Assembly: GCA_040376605.1 (NCBI GenBank)
Contig: JBEIQI010000001.1
Coordinates: 5,191-69,190 of the forward strand
Source of the DNA: Flavobacteriales bacterium
Lineage (GTDB): Bacteria; Bacteroidota; Bacteroidia; CAIKAF01
Reading direction: 5' to 3'
DNA length: 64,000 nt
In this document: in pieces, positions 48,518 through 57,753 of the stretch
Layout: each line of letters begins with the position of its first letter
How positions within the stretch are numbered: position 1 is the stretch's first letter
The notes under the pieces: generated by a model
Databases searched by the model: none
What the model was told of the DNA's origin: nothing
The model's input: the letters and a program-made list of their open reading frames with translations, nothing else
Program-made: the position numbers and the translations under genes

Positions 48518-49012
48518 TTAAGTGTCTTTTACTTGATGAGGACGAACCGAAGGTTCATTTAATTTTTTCCTGATACTGTTTGATCTTCTTCTTAATAGCA
48601 TTGAAATAATAATTGATATAGCTGTTGCCCCCAAAACCAAACTAATAAGCGGCTTATGATAAATCCACACCATGGATAGACAGACCATCGTTATGATTAT
48701 ACCTAGTAGAAAGGAAGAAAGTAAAATACCATTTCTTATTTCCTGGTAAGTGAGGGGAATTTTACTCATAAATAGTTTAATAGCCGATAAGATTTGATAA
48801 AAACAACAACTGATAAATAGGAATCCCACTATTCGAATAGACCAATACAACCAATTGTAGTTATTATCATTAAATAAAGGAGTTTGATTAACAGCATGAT
48901 ATTCATTCCATAACAACAAGATGGGTCCGACAGGTAATAAAATGATCCCTCCAATTATCTTTAGAAGATATTTTTTGATCCTCCTCCCACCTGGAATATA
49001 GCTTAAGCTCAT
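48518..49012 (-). CDS. Hypothetical small membrane protein (4 TM)
   Basis: 164 aa hydrophobic ORF, first gene of the minus-strand cluster. Confidence 0.35.
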   Translation of the reverse strand: MSLSYIPGGRRIKKYLLKIIGGIILLPVGPILLLWNEYHAVNQTPLFNDNNYNWLYWSIRIVGFLFISCCFYQILSAIKLFMSKIPLTYQEIRNGILLSSFLLGIIITMVCLSMVWIYHKPLISLVLGATAISIIISMLLRRRSNSIRKKLNEPSVRPHQVKDT

Positions 49013-49166
49013 AATGATGGATTTGTTACGGAAAAGTAAGGTTTTTGTTCGATTACTTTGGATTTTAACTTATTTAATCAAAAAAAATGTTAGTTCAACA
49101 TATTTACAGTTTAAAAATTCACTTAGCACACTACTTTTGTGATGTATCCCAAAATCCTCAATCATT

Positions 49167-49628
49167 ATGCACAAATTATTCATTTTGCCTTTTATCTTAC
49201 TTTCAGTTCTATCTTTAAATGTTACTGCCCAATCAGGTATTGGTAATAATTCTGTTTCTGTAGCAACCAATACCAACGGTGATATTAGTTGGAACGCCAA
49301 TGTGGATGGGCATAACAGAAGAGGTTATATCGATTCTAAAAACTCCAAAGAAGAATGTAATTCGAAGGTTGCTGATGAAGATATTTTAACCCCAACCACC
49401 ATTAGTTTATATGGGAATAGTTTTACTGATGTGTTATTCTTTTCTGGTAATGGCATGGATTTACATACCATTACAATTTTGGATGAAGAGGGAAAAGTTT
49501 TGGTATCAGATCAATATACAAATTATCATTCTATTGATGTTTCCAATTTTGCAAGTGGCACTTATTTGATTGAAATTAATAGAGGGATAAATCGGAAGTC
49601 TTATAGCAAGAAGTTTATCAAAGAATAA
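49167..49628 (+). CDS. Small secreted protein with type-A T9SS C-terminal sorting domain
   Basis: 153 aa. Signal MHKLFILPFILLSVLSLNVTAQ. C-terminus ...ITILDEEGKVLVSDQY...DVSNFASGTYLIEINRGINRKSYSKKFIKE is a Por_Secre_tail. Confidence 0.6.
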   Translation: MHKLFILPFILLSVLSLNVTAQSGIGNNSVSVATNTNGDISWNANVDGHNRRGYIDSKNSKEECNSKVADEDILTPTTISLYGNSFTDVLFFSGNGMDLHTITILDEEGKVLVSDQYTNYHSIDVSNFASGTYLIEINRGINRKSYSKKFIKE

Positions 49629-49670
49629 TCAATTATACTTATCGGTAAAAATCCACCAAGATTTTAAATT

Positions 49671-50957
49671 CTATCGATTGATTAAAGAATTGATGTACTG
49701 CACGCCTAGTAATTTATGAGTAATATCACCGGGTCGTCTTAAATAAACCATAATTGTATAATCATTTTCTGTTTCGGCATAGCTGCCTTCAATTAGGGTA
49801 ATATCTCCATTTCCTGTCTTGGGATCTTTTACGGTATACATATAATTATAATACCCTTGTTTAAAAGGTATTGCTAACCAAAATAAATCACGGTAATTGT
49901 CATAATTCATTTTATAGGTGTCTAACATTTGTCCAAAAGTAAATCCGCCTAAAAGGTAAATCTCTTTTCCCCGATAAGACTCATCGTTGGGTAAGGTAAA
50001 ATATAAAGTAGCATAGTCAGGGTCGATGGTTGTGCTGAACCCATCCTGGTTATAAACGGTATATCTGCCATTAATATCTGGTCGGTTTTGATAATTACGA
50101 AAATTTCGGAGTACTTCATTTCGTAAACGGATATGATATTTGCCTTGCTCTATTTTAATATCTACGATGGGTTCATTGATAATTTGTAATGTTTTAATAT
50201 CAATAAACCGATATTGGTTTCCTGCGGCAAACGAACATTCACCATTGGTATAATTATATTTAACCTCCTTGGTGTTGATGTATTGAGGACTTAGTCCAAT
50301 GATCGCATTATCCCATCGATTGTTCTGAGTGATGTTTACTTTAAAATCGTTGATATAATCCTGAACGTAAATATTCTCAGTATTAATGGTAAAATATAAT
50401 TCCTGATGGGTGTTTCGTAGATCTACCCCACTGGCATACCTAATCTTGGCCTCAGGAAAACTAACCACCGACTCTACAACCATAAACCTTCTGGTAAAAA
50501 CAATTTTTTCTGGATCATTGGTATCAAACACCTTCATAATAAAATTCCCCGAAATGGTAGGCTTCATGAACTCATTTGGAAAGGTAAATTGGTAATGAGT
50601 ATAGGGCTGTGTTACGTTTTGCGAAAAATGAGATTCAATTACATTATACGATTCAAATCCTTGCATATATTGCATATGTAATAGATCGGAAACAGACCAA
50701 TCTGGATTGCAATGAATTACCTGATAACTATAATATTTTAGATCATTATCCCAATCGTCGAATTGAAAAATAAGTTTCTGCGAACTATTCAATTCAATGA
50801 TGTTGTTGGTTTGATCGGAACCAGTTTTATAAACCTCAGGAAAATGAATATTGGATTGGTAAATATAATCCGGGAAAAGGATTGTTTGAGATTTTAATGG
50901 AATGTAACTAACTAAAACTCCTATGGCAAATACGATTCCTTGTTTGATTCGATTCAT
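49671..50957 (-). CDS. Hypothetical secreted beta-rich protein adjacent to a T9SS type-B cargo gene (possibly T9SS-associated)
   Basis: 428 aa, signal peptide. Does not show the PorP/SprF N-terminal motif. Family not resolved by eye. Confidence 0.4.
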   Translation of the reverse strand: MNRIKQGIVFAIGVLVSYIPLKSQTILFPDYIYQSNIHFPEVYKTGSDQTNNIIELNSSQKLIFQFDDWDNDLKYYSYQVIHCNPDWSVSDLLHMQYMQGFESYNVIESHFSQNVTQPYTHYQFTFPNEFMKPTISGNFIMKVFDTNDPEKIVFTRRFMVVESVVSFPEAKIRYASGVDLRNTHQELYFTINTENIYVQDYINDFKVNITQNNRWDNAIIGLSPQYINTKEVKYNYTNGECSFAAGNQYRFIDIKTLQIINEPIVDIKIEQGKYHIRLRNEVLRNFRNYQNRPDINGRYTVYNQDGFSTTIDPDYATLYFTLPNDESYRGKEIYLLGGFTFGQMLDTYKMNYDNYRDLFWLAIPFKQGYYNYMYTVKDPKTGNGDITLIEGSYAETENDYTIMVYLRRPGDITHKLLGVQYINSLINR

Positions 50958-51050
50958 TTGATTTCGATTAACTTTCTCAAAGCTAACGCAGAATAGGAAA
51001 ATATTGTGCCAAATCGAGAAATTTTTTGAGTAGAAATGAATTTGAGTAGA

Positions 51051-53618
51051 TTAACGTAACAAATTAACCATCCCTCTGAGGCTTATTTCCTGACCATTTG
51101 CCATAACAATGTAAATGTCGTAAACATATACATCAACAGGGGCAGGAATTCCATCAAATGTACCATCCCACCCAATGTTTTTATCGTTAGAAAAGAAAAT
51201 AGCTTGACCCCAACGATTATGAATTCTCATTTCGAATGATTGAACATTTCCCACGTGTATCATGAAATTTTGGTTCAACTCATCAAAATTGGGTGAAAAG
51301 GAATTGGGCACAAATACATTACAATCTACTTCAACAGTAATTGAATAAAATTCAGTACAGCCTCTATCATCGGTTACCGCCGCTGTATAGGTGGTAGATT
51401 TGCTGGGTGATGCAGCTGGATCTTCACATGTTGAGCAGTCAAGTGTAGTGCCATTGTCCCAGGCGAAGCTATAATTCCCTGATCCGCCAGTAACGTCAAT
51501 TGCTAAGGGGGAAGTGTCACCACAATACATAAAATATTCGGTAACTCCGGCGATATTGATTTTTGTAGGTTCAATAATGGTTAATTGTACAGGCAGAACA
51601 CAGTTATTATTGTCTGTAACGGTATAATTATAAACTCCTGCAGGCATATTAGTAAGTTGTGGCCCCATGCTATATACAAAAGGTGCTACCCCGCCAGAGA
51701 CGTTGAGCGAAACGGCCCCATCTATTTCCCCAAAACAAGAAATATTTGTACTAGTAGAAAGGTCTGTAAGCAATGCAGGTTCGGATAAGGTAATGTCAAG
51801 AACTTCTTGTTGCCCTGCCGCATCCGTTATGGTAACTTGATAACTTCCGGCAATTAGTTGAGTTGCTAAATTGGAAATTAACCCAGGATCATGCGACCAG
51901 CTATAGCTATAAGGTGCGCAGCCTGCTGAAGTTTGAATGGTAATTTCCCCATCACTTAATCCGAAGCAGCTGATATCAAAACCATTATAATCAGAGGTGG
52001 TATAGCTATTAATCATTGGAGCCGGTAAAACATCCACAGTAAATTGACAAGTTGTTGTATTGCCCACAATGTCTTCTGCTATTAAATCTACGAGCTGCTG
52101 ACCAACATCGGCACAACTAAAGATAGATTGACTGATGGTAATTGTATTGATGCCACAGTTGTCGGTACTTCCATTATCCGCCTGCGCAGCGGTAATGGAG
52201 CCATCTCCATTGGCATCAAGCTGTAATTGTAAATTCTGACAAAGAGCCGTTGGGTTAATGGTATCTGCCAATGTTAACGTAAAGCTAAAAGTGGAATCGA
52301 AGTTACTAACCTGACCATCATTAATGGTGATGGTAATTAATGAGCTACCAACGGCACCCCCAATTGGAGTTAAAGTGATATCACGATTAGCTCCAACTCC
52401 GCCAAAAACAATATTGGCTGCTGGAATCACAGCAGGGTTCGATGAAGTGGCCGATAAGGTTAGAACACCTGCTGCCTGTTGATTATCTGCTACATCAAAA
52501 AGAATATTGAGAGGGGAGGTATTTGGACAAACAATAGTATCTGAAGGTGGATTTACAATGTATGGTGGGGTATTGATAATGATACCATTGGCCCTGATAG
52601 CAAAATTATAAGGGTTTGGAGGACTGCATGATGAGTAAGCATCCGAATTGGGAATATTAATAGTTCCATTTATGATGCCTGTTACCCCTGGGGCAAATTG
52701 AATATCAAAGGGGACAGAGCCTCCCGGTGGAATGATATTAGTTGCGGGTTGATTTAAAACACTAAATCCAACTCCTGTAACTGTAATATAAGGAACACCC
52801 GTTAAGGTAAGTGGGGATTCTCCAATATTGTGGATATAAAAAGTTTTTGTTGACGAAAATCCAACGCCAACATTCCCAAAATCAGTATTGTCTGCGACAA
52901 TCGGAGTAACATCGTTATCTGGAATAATAAGAGCATTGCCCTGAACCTGTGGTTGAGCAATACTAACTATTTTAATATCATCAACGGCCCAACCCCTGTC
53001 TGCAACCGCCTCATCCGAATGAAATGTATATCTTAACTGAAAGGTCGGTACGTTATCAAATGCCGAAATATTGGCGATTACCTTGGTCCAGGTTGTTTTA
53101 GGATTAAACCAGGCTGGTGTATTATTATAATAAAAGGGGGTAGAAGATCCATTTTGAGACATGTTACCATCGTATGGAATGCACATTTGAGCTGCGGTAA
53201 TTTTGGTCCAGGTTACTCCATTGTGCGACCATTCTATAAAGCCCCCATCCCAATTTCCGGTTTCCGAACGCATTTGCATCCAAAATTCAAGTCTGCAATT
53301 GTCATAACCAGTTAAGTCGATTACCGGAGAAACCAAACGATAGACAATATAATTTCCGGCTCCTGCCTGGGCATAATTATTATTTCCATTTACATAAAAG
53401 CACCCTCCGCCACCTCCGGTATGATCCGTGGCCGGCACAACGGGCACCACTGCCAGCCAATTATATCCAGCAACATTGGCAGGAAATAGTCTTCCGGTAT
53501 TGGTCCATCCTCCTAAAGCATTACAATTATCATAAAATACAGTAGTTTGGGCATGGCTCCTGCCTACCATAAATAACGTAGAAGCAACGAAGAGTATCGG
53601 AAAAAATTTACTTGGTTT
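51051..53618 (-). CDS. Large cell-surface adhesin-like protein with type-B T9SS C-terminal domain (CHU_C / gliding-motility-associated CTD), HYR and SprB-type repeats
   Basis: Track ORF 51051-53690. The likely start is MKPSKFFPILFVASTLFMVGRSHAQTT. C-terminus CNVFVPNSFSPNFDELNQNF...WDGTFDGIPAPVDVYVYDI is the T9SS type-B sorting domain. Internal ...NGDGSITAAQADNGSTDNCGI... is HYR-like. N-terminal MAM/lectin-like region. Confidence 0.7.
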   Translation of the reverse strand, partial: KPSKFFPILFVASTLFMVGRSHAQTTVFYDNCNALGGWTNTGRLFPANVAGYNWLAVVPVVPATDHTGGGGGCFYVNGNNNYAQAGAGNYIVYRLVSPVIDLTGYDNCRLEFWMQMRSETGNWDGGFIEWSHNGVTWTKITAAQMCIPYDGNMSQNGSSTPFYYNNTPAWFNPKTTWTKVIANISAFDNVPTFQLRYTFHSDEAVADRGWAVDDIKIVSIAQPQVQGNALIIPDNDVTPIVADNTDFGNVGVGFSSTKTFYIHNIGESPLTLTGVPYITVTGVGFSVLNQPATNIIPPGGSVPFDIQFAPGVTGIINGTINIPNSDAYSSCSPPNPYNFAIRANGIIINTPPYIVNPPSDTIVCPNTSPLNILFDVADNQQAAGVLTLSATSSNPAVIPAANIVFGGVGANRDITLTPIGGAVGSSLITITINDGQVSNFDSTFSFTLTLADTINPTALCQNLQLQLDANGDGSITAAQADNGSTDNCGINTITISQSIFSCADVGQQLVDLIAEDIVGNTTTCQFTVDVLPAPMINSYTTSDYNGFDISCFGLSDGEITIQTSAGCAPYSYSWSHDPGLISNLATQLIAGSYQVTITDAAGQQEVLDITLSEPALLTDLSTSTNISCFGEIDGAVSLNVSGGVAPFVYSMGPQLTNMPAGVYNYTVTDNNNCVLPVQLTIIEPTKINIAGVTEYFMYCGDTSPLAIDVTGGSGNYSFAWDNGTTLDCSTCEDPAASPSKSTTYTAAVTDDRGCTEFYSITVEVDCNVFVPNSFSPNFDELNQNFMIHVGNVQSFEMRIHNRWGQAIFFSNDKNIGWDGTFDGIPAPVDVYVYDIYIVMANGQEISLRGMVNLLR

Positions 53619-53737
53619 CATAACTGTTAAGCCAAAAGTAATAAAACTTATATGAAAAGAGGACAATTTGCTCAAATTAGCTTCAGCCATGGATTATTGC
53701 AAACAATAAAATAGATAACTTTACGTATTATACCGTT

Positions 53738-53938
53738 ATGAAAAGGATTCTCATTTATTGTGGACTGATATTAATATTGGGCTCTTGCGGCGACCAATGT
53801 ATTAGTTGCACCGAAATCAGCGGATATCCAAATGCCGTTATTTGCAAGGATACTTACGAAACCACCATTGATGACCAAGCTCCGGTTTGGGCAGAATATC
53901 AAGAAACCGCAGTTACTGCAGGCTGTATTAAGCAATAA
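53738..53938 (+). CDS. Small Cys-rich lipoprotein (hypothetical)
   Basis: 66 aa. Signal plus lipobox (LILGSCGD), 6 Cys in the 45-aa mature region. Confidence 0.35.
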   Translation: MKRILIYCGLILILGSCGDQCISCTEISGYPNAVICKDTYETTIDDQAPVWAEYQETAVTAGCIKQ

Positions 53939-53964
53939 AATTGGCGGCTTTCAGTTATAAATCT

Positions 53965-53972
53965 TATTTTTG
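53965..53972 (+). promoter_or_regulatory. -7 element TAttTTTG 8 nt upstream of the lipoprotein-signal ATG (53980)
   Basis: TAnnTTTG match. Implies a very short leader. Confidence 0.35.
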
Positions 53973-53979
53973 CCAACCA

Positions 53980-56519
53980 ATGCATTTGCGTCGCCATATA
54001 CCTGCAGGATTAGTACTTATTGCTGTGCTCTTATTATCAACGGGCTGTAGTACCAAAAAAATACGGGACTTGCCAGGTTTTGGCATAATCTAAATACCAA
54101 GTATAACGGTTATTTTAATGGTAATGAAGCCATTAAGCTGGGAATGCAAGATTTAAGCAAAACCAGAAAGGACGATTATTCAAAGATTATCCCAACCTTC
54201 GATTATGGGGATCGCTCCAATTGGCCTGCCATGAATACCAACGCGGATCGTGCCATTAAAAAAGCGGTGATCATGATCAAAAAGCACAGCATGTTTATCA
54301 ATGGCAAACAATACAATCGCTGGATTGATGATTGTTATATGTTAATGGGCAAGGCTAATTTTTTCAAATTAGAACATTCTTTAGGGGCCAATCAATTAAA
54401 ACATGTTGCTGATAATAGTGAAAAACAATTTACGAAGGATGAGGCTAAAATTTGGATGGTAAGAACCTATAACGAAATGGGTGAATTTGCAGAATCCGGC
54501 ACCATCATTAGAGGTATCGACAGGGGTGGGGTAGATAGAAAATTATTACCAGAATATTATTCGGTTATTGCTGATTATTATATCCGTCAAAAAGATTGGG
54601 ATAAGGCATTGGATAATATTGATGAAGCTATTAAATGGTCGAAGAGCAAAAAAAGAAATGGTCGTCTTGAATTTATTCGCGGACAGATTTATGAAATGAT
54701 GGGCGATAATAAAAAGGCCTATGATTCTTATGAGAAGGTCATCAAATATCGTCCGGAATATGTAATGGAGTTTCAAAGCCGCATCAACATGGCCCGAACC
54801 GCCGAAAATAGCAATAACGAGAGTTTAAGAAAGACCCTCAGGAAAATGTTGAGAGATGGGAAAAATATTGAATATCTCGATCAGGTTTATTATGCAATAG
54901 CCCTTATTGATTTAAAAGAAGAAAAAAATCCTGAAGCAATTATCAACCTTAACAAGTCCCTAAGAAATAGTATCGACAACCAAAATCAACAAGCACTGTC
55001 TCATTTAAAATTGGCCGAAATTTATTTGGCTGATAGGAAGTATGAATTGGCCCAAGGTTATTATGATAGTACGGCTTCTTTATTAGCGAAGGATCATCCA
55101 AAATATGATGAGGTGATGCGTTTAAAAGAAAACCTGACCTTATTGGTTCAGAATATTAGAATTGTGGAAACGCAGGATAGTTTGCAAAGACTTTCTAAAA
55201 TGGATAGTACCGAGTTGGTTGATTATTTTACCAAGTATGTGGAAGATTTGAAACAGGCTGATGAGGATGCAAAAAATAATCCGAATACTAATCCAGTAAA
55301 TTTTAATACCAGTCAATCAAGTAATGGCAAATGGTATTTTACAAGTCCCCAATCATTAACCCTGGGTTCTAATGAATTTAAGAAAACCTTTGGGCAAAGA
55401 CCTCTGGAAGATAACTGGAGAAGACAAAATAAAGCGGTAAGTTTTTTAAATGACGATCCGGTTGATACGGGAGGTACAGACTTGGTAGACCTGCGTTATG
55501 ATGTAAACACTTATGTGAGTCAGGTCCCCAAAAACGATTCTGATTTATATGCTTCTAATGAGTTGATTTATAAAGCCCTTTATAATATTGGAACGATTTA
55601 TAAGGATAAAATTTTGGATTATCCCAAATCAGCCGAAGCTTATGAGGAATTGGTAAAACGATGTGATAAAAACAATCCGCAATATTTCCCGATCACTTAT
55701 TTTCAGCTTTATTCCTTGTATAAAGGTTTGAAAAAAGAAGAGCTGATGAATAAGTATAAGGATATTATACTTACCGAGTATGCTAATAGTGATTATGCGG
55801 CCATTATTTTAGACCCTGAAGGTTTTGCCCAAAAGAATGAAACCAATGATGCTGCTTCACCAGCTTATACCGCGGCGTATAATTTGTACAAGTCGAATGA
55901 TTTTACAGGCAGTTTAAATAGTTGTATTACCGCCTTACAACAATATCCAAAATCGCCTTTACTTCATCGTTTTGCCTTGTTAAAAGCCTTATGTATTGAT
56001 AAAATTAATGGGAGAGAGGTATTTAAAACAGAATTGCAAGTGGTAATTGATAACTATAAAGGAACAGAAAGTGCCTCCACTGCAAAAAGACTATTGGATG
56101 CGATAAATGGCAAAACGGATGACAATACCAATCCAGAAATTAATGTTAAAGCAGAATTTGTTTTTGATGCTAAATCGGAGCATTTTGTAATACTTTATAT
56201 CCCAGATGCAACCAAAAAAGTGGATGGTGCGGTAGGTAAATTGATTGAATTTAATGATCTTGAATTTGAGGGTCGAGAATATTCGGTATCGAACTCTATT
56301 TTGCCTCAATCCGGACAAGTTATTTTAATTCGAAAGTTTGCCAATTCCACCGAAGCGCTTCAATACGTAAGTAAATACGATGACAAAGGAATGGTGCTTA
56401 AACTCAACCTTAATTCGCCAAGTAAAATTATGGCAATTAGTAAAGCCAATTTTGCGACTCTAATGAAAACGCCATCAATGGCCGAGTACCAGAATTTTTA
56501 TACTGAAAACTATAAATAG
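53980..56519 (+). CDS. TPR-repeat lipoprotein, putatively PorW/SprE-family T9SS component; signal peptide is out of frame with the body because of a 1-nt deficit in an A7 tract
   Basis: ATG at 53980 encodes the lipoprotein signal MHLRRHIPAGLVLIAVLLLSTGCSTKK, then stops after 37 codons. The long frame (open from 54051, track ORF 54144-56519, 791 aa, multiple TPR-like repeats) joins perfectly if the A7 run at 54055-54061 is read as A8 (...STGCSTKKNTGLARFWHNLNTKYNGYFNG...). Confidence 0.55.
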
Positions 56520-56535
56520 AGAAGGGTTTACTGTT

Positions 56536-56901
56536 ATGGCCAAAACGACTAAAAAGAGCGATAAACCAAATTTTATAAATGTCCCTAACCAATTAAATGC
56601 GGGGGCTGTAATCGATGGAAATGTAAAGTTGGAAGGCCATTTAAGGCTAGATGGAAAGATTATTGGGGATTTAACCTGCACGGGAAAAGTGGTTGTGGGT
56701 GAAAAGGGGGAGGTTTCCGGAAATTTAATTTGCGAAAGTGCAGATATAATGGGTTTGGTGAATGGAGACATCAAGGTGAACACAAATACCTCTTTGTTCG
56801 CAAAGTCTAAAGTAATTGGTAATATTTATACCATCACCATTAATATAGAACCCGGTGCCATTTTTAATGGAAAGTGTATTATGGGTTCTCATGAATCATA
56901 A
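56536..56901 (+). CDS. Bactofilin family cytoskeletal protein
   Basis: 121 aa. Repetitive beta-helix pattern with periodic G..V/I..G (GAVIDGNVKLEGHLRLDGKIIGDLTCTGKVVVGEKGEVSGNLICESADIMGLVNGDIKV). Confidence 0.65.
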   Translation: MAKTTKKSDKPNFINVPNQLNAGAVIDGNVKLEGHLRLDGKIIGDLTCTGKVVVGEKGEVSGNLICESADIMGLVNGDIKVNTNTSLFAKSKVIGNIYTITINIEPGAIFNGKCIMGSHES

Positions 56902-57130
56902 TTTGGGATCATCACCTCAAAAATCGAATGGGCCCAAGTCCAACCAATGGATTCGATATTCCGGAATGGGACTTCAAATGCTTGTTATCATTGGGTTGGG
57001 TGTTTGGGGAGGATATAAACTAGATAAAATTTATCACACCGAATCAATATTTACTATAGTTTTGTCCCTGGTTTCGGTTATATTATCAATGGCCTTGGTA
57101 ATTAGAGAGTTTACAAATAGAAAAAAATAG
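56891..57130 (+). CDS. AtpZ/AtpI-like small membrane protein preceding the ATP synthase genes
   Basis: The likely start is the internal Met (MNHNLG...). YSGMGLQMLVIIGLGVWGGYKLD matches the 'ATPase_gene1' small-protein motif. Confidence 0.5.
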   Translation: MNHNLGSSPQKSNGPKSNQWIRYSGMGLQMLVIIGLGVWGGYKLDKIYHTESIFTIVLSLVSVILSMALVIREFTNRKK

Positions 57131-57131
57131 C

Positions 57132-57503
57132 GTGAATAACAAGTTAAAAAATTACATCATTTATATTTGTCTAATAACCATTGCCTTAATGGTAGGTTAT
57201 TATTTTTTTAAGGATAAACTGGCCCTACAAACGGCTTATATTATTCCGGCCTTTTTCCTTATCACCTTAGTAGGGCATATGATCTTAATGCGCGCTGTAA
57301 CAAGGGATGCCAAGAAGTTCTATATTAATTTTATTGGGGCAATGGCTTTTAAAATGTTGGCTTATTTCTTTTTTCTAACCATTATGTTCCTTGCCTACAA
57401 GGAGATTAATACCGATTTTCTAGTGGTCTTTATGTCGGTATACCTTGTCTATACGGTGTTTGAAATGATCTATGTTTATCCAATTGCTCGTAAGAACAAT
57501 TAA
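57132..57503 (+). CDS. ATP synthase protein I-like hydrophobic protein (hypothetical)
   Basis: 123 aa, 4 TM, positioned between the atpZ-like gene and atpB. Confidence 0.4.
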   Translation: MNNKLKNYIIYICLITIALMVGYYFFKDKLALQTAYIIPAFFLITLVGHMILMRAVTRDAKKFYINFIGAMAFKMLAYFFFLTIMFLAYKEINTDFLVVFMSVYLVYTVFEMIYVYPIARKNN

Positions 57504-57753
57504 CTAGTGGTTCTGGTGCAATAGGTTAAAAAAAGAATCTCCCACCGGGTATTTATAGAAGTGTCGCTGATTTTAACAATTAAATATTGCTCGTACATAG
57601 CGTTGAGCCAATTAAATCATTCGTAAGGGGCTGCTATTGCTCGGTTTCTTGATAATTTTCAGGGTTTTAAAAAAAATAGAAAATAATTATCCTTTTAGAT
57701 TCCTTTTGGGACTATATTTTTCTACTTTTGCGGTGCGAAAAAAAAAGTTTGGT

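Noticed and set aside
49070-49300. 76-aa minus-strand ORF overlapping the start of the T9SS small cargo gene
   Set aside because: It overlaps a better-supported plus-strand gene and its promoter region, and has no recognisable features.
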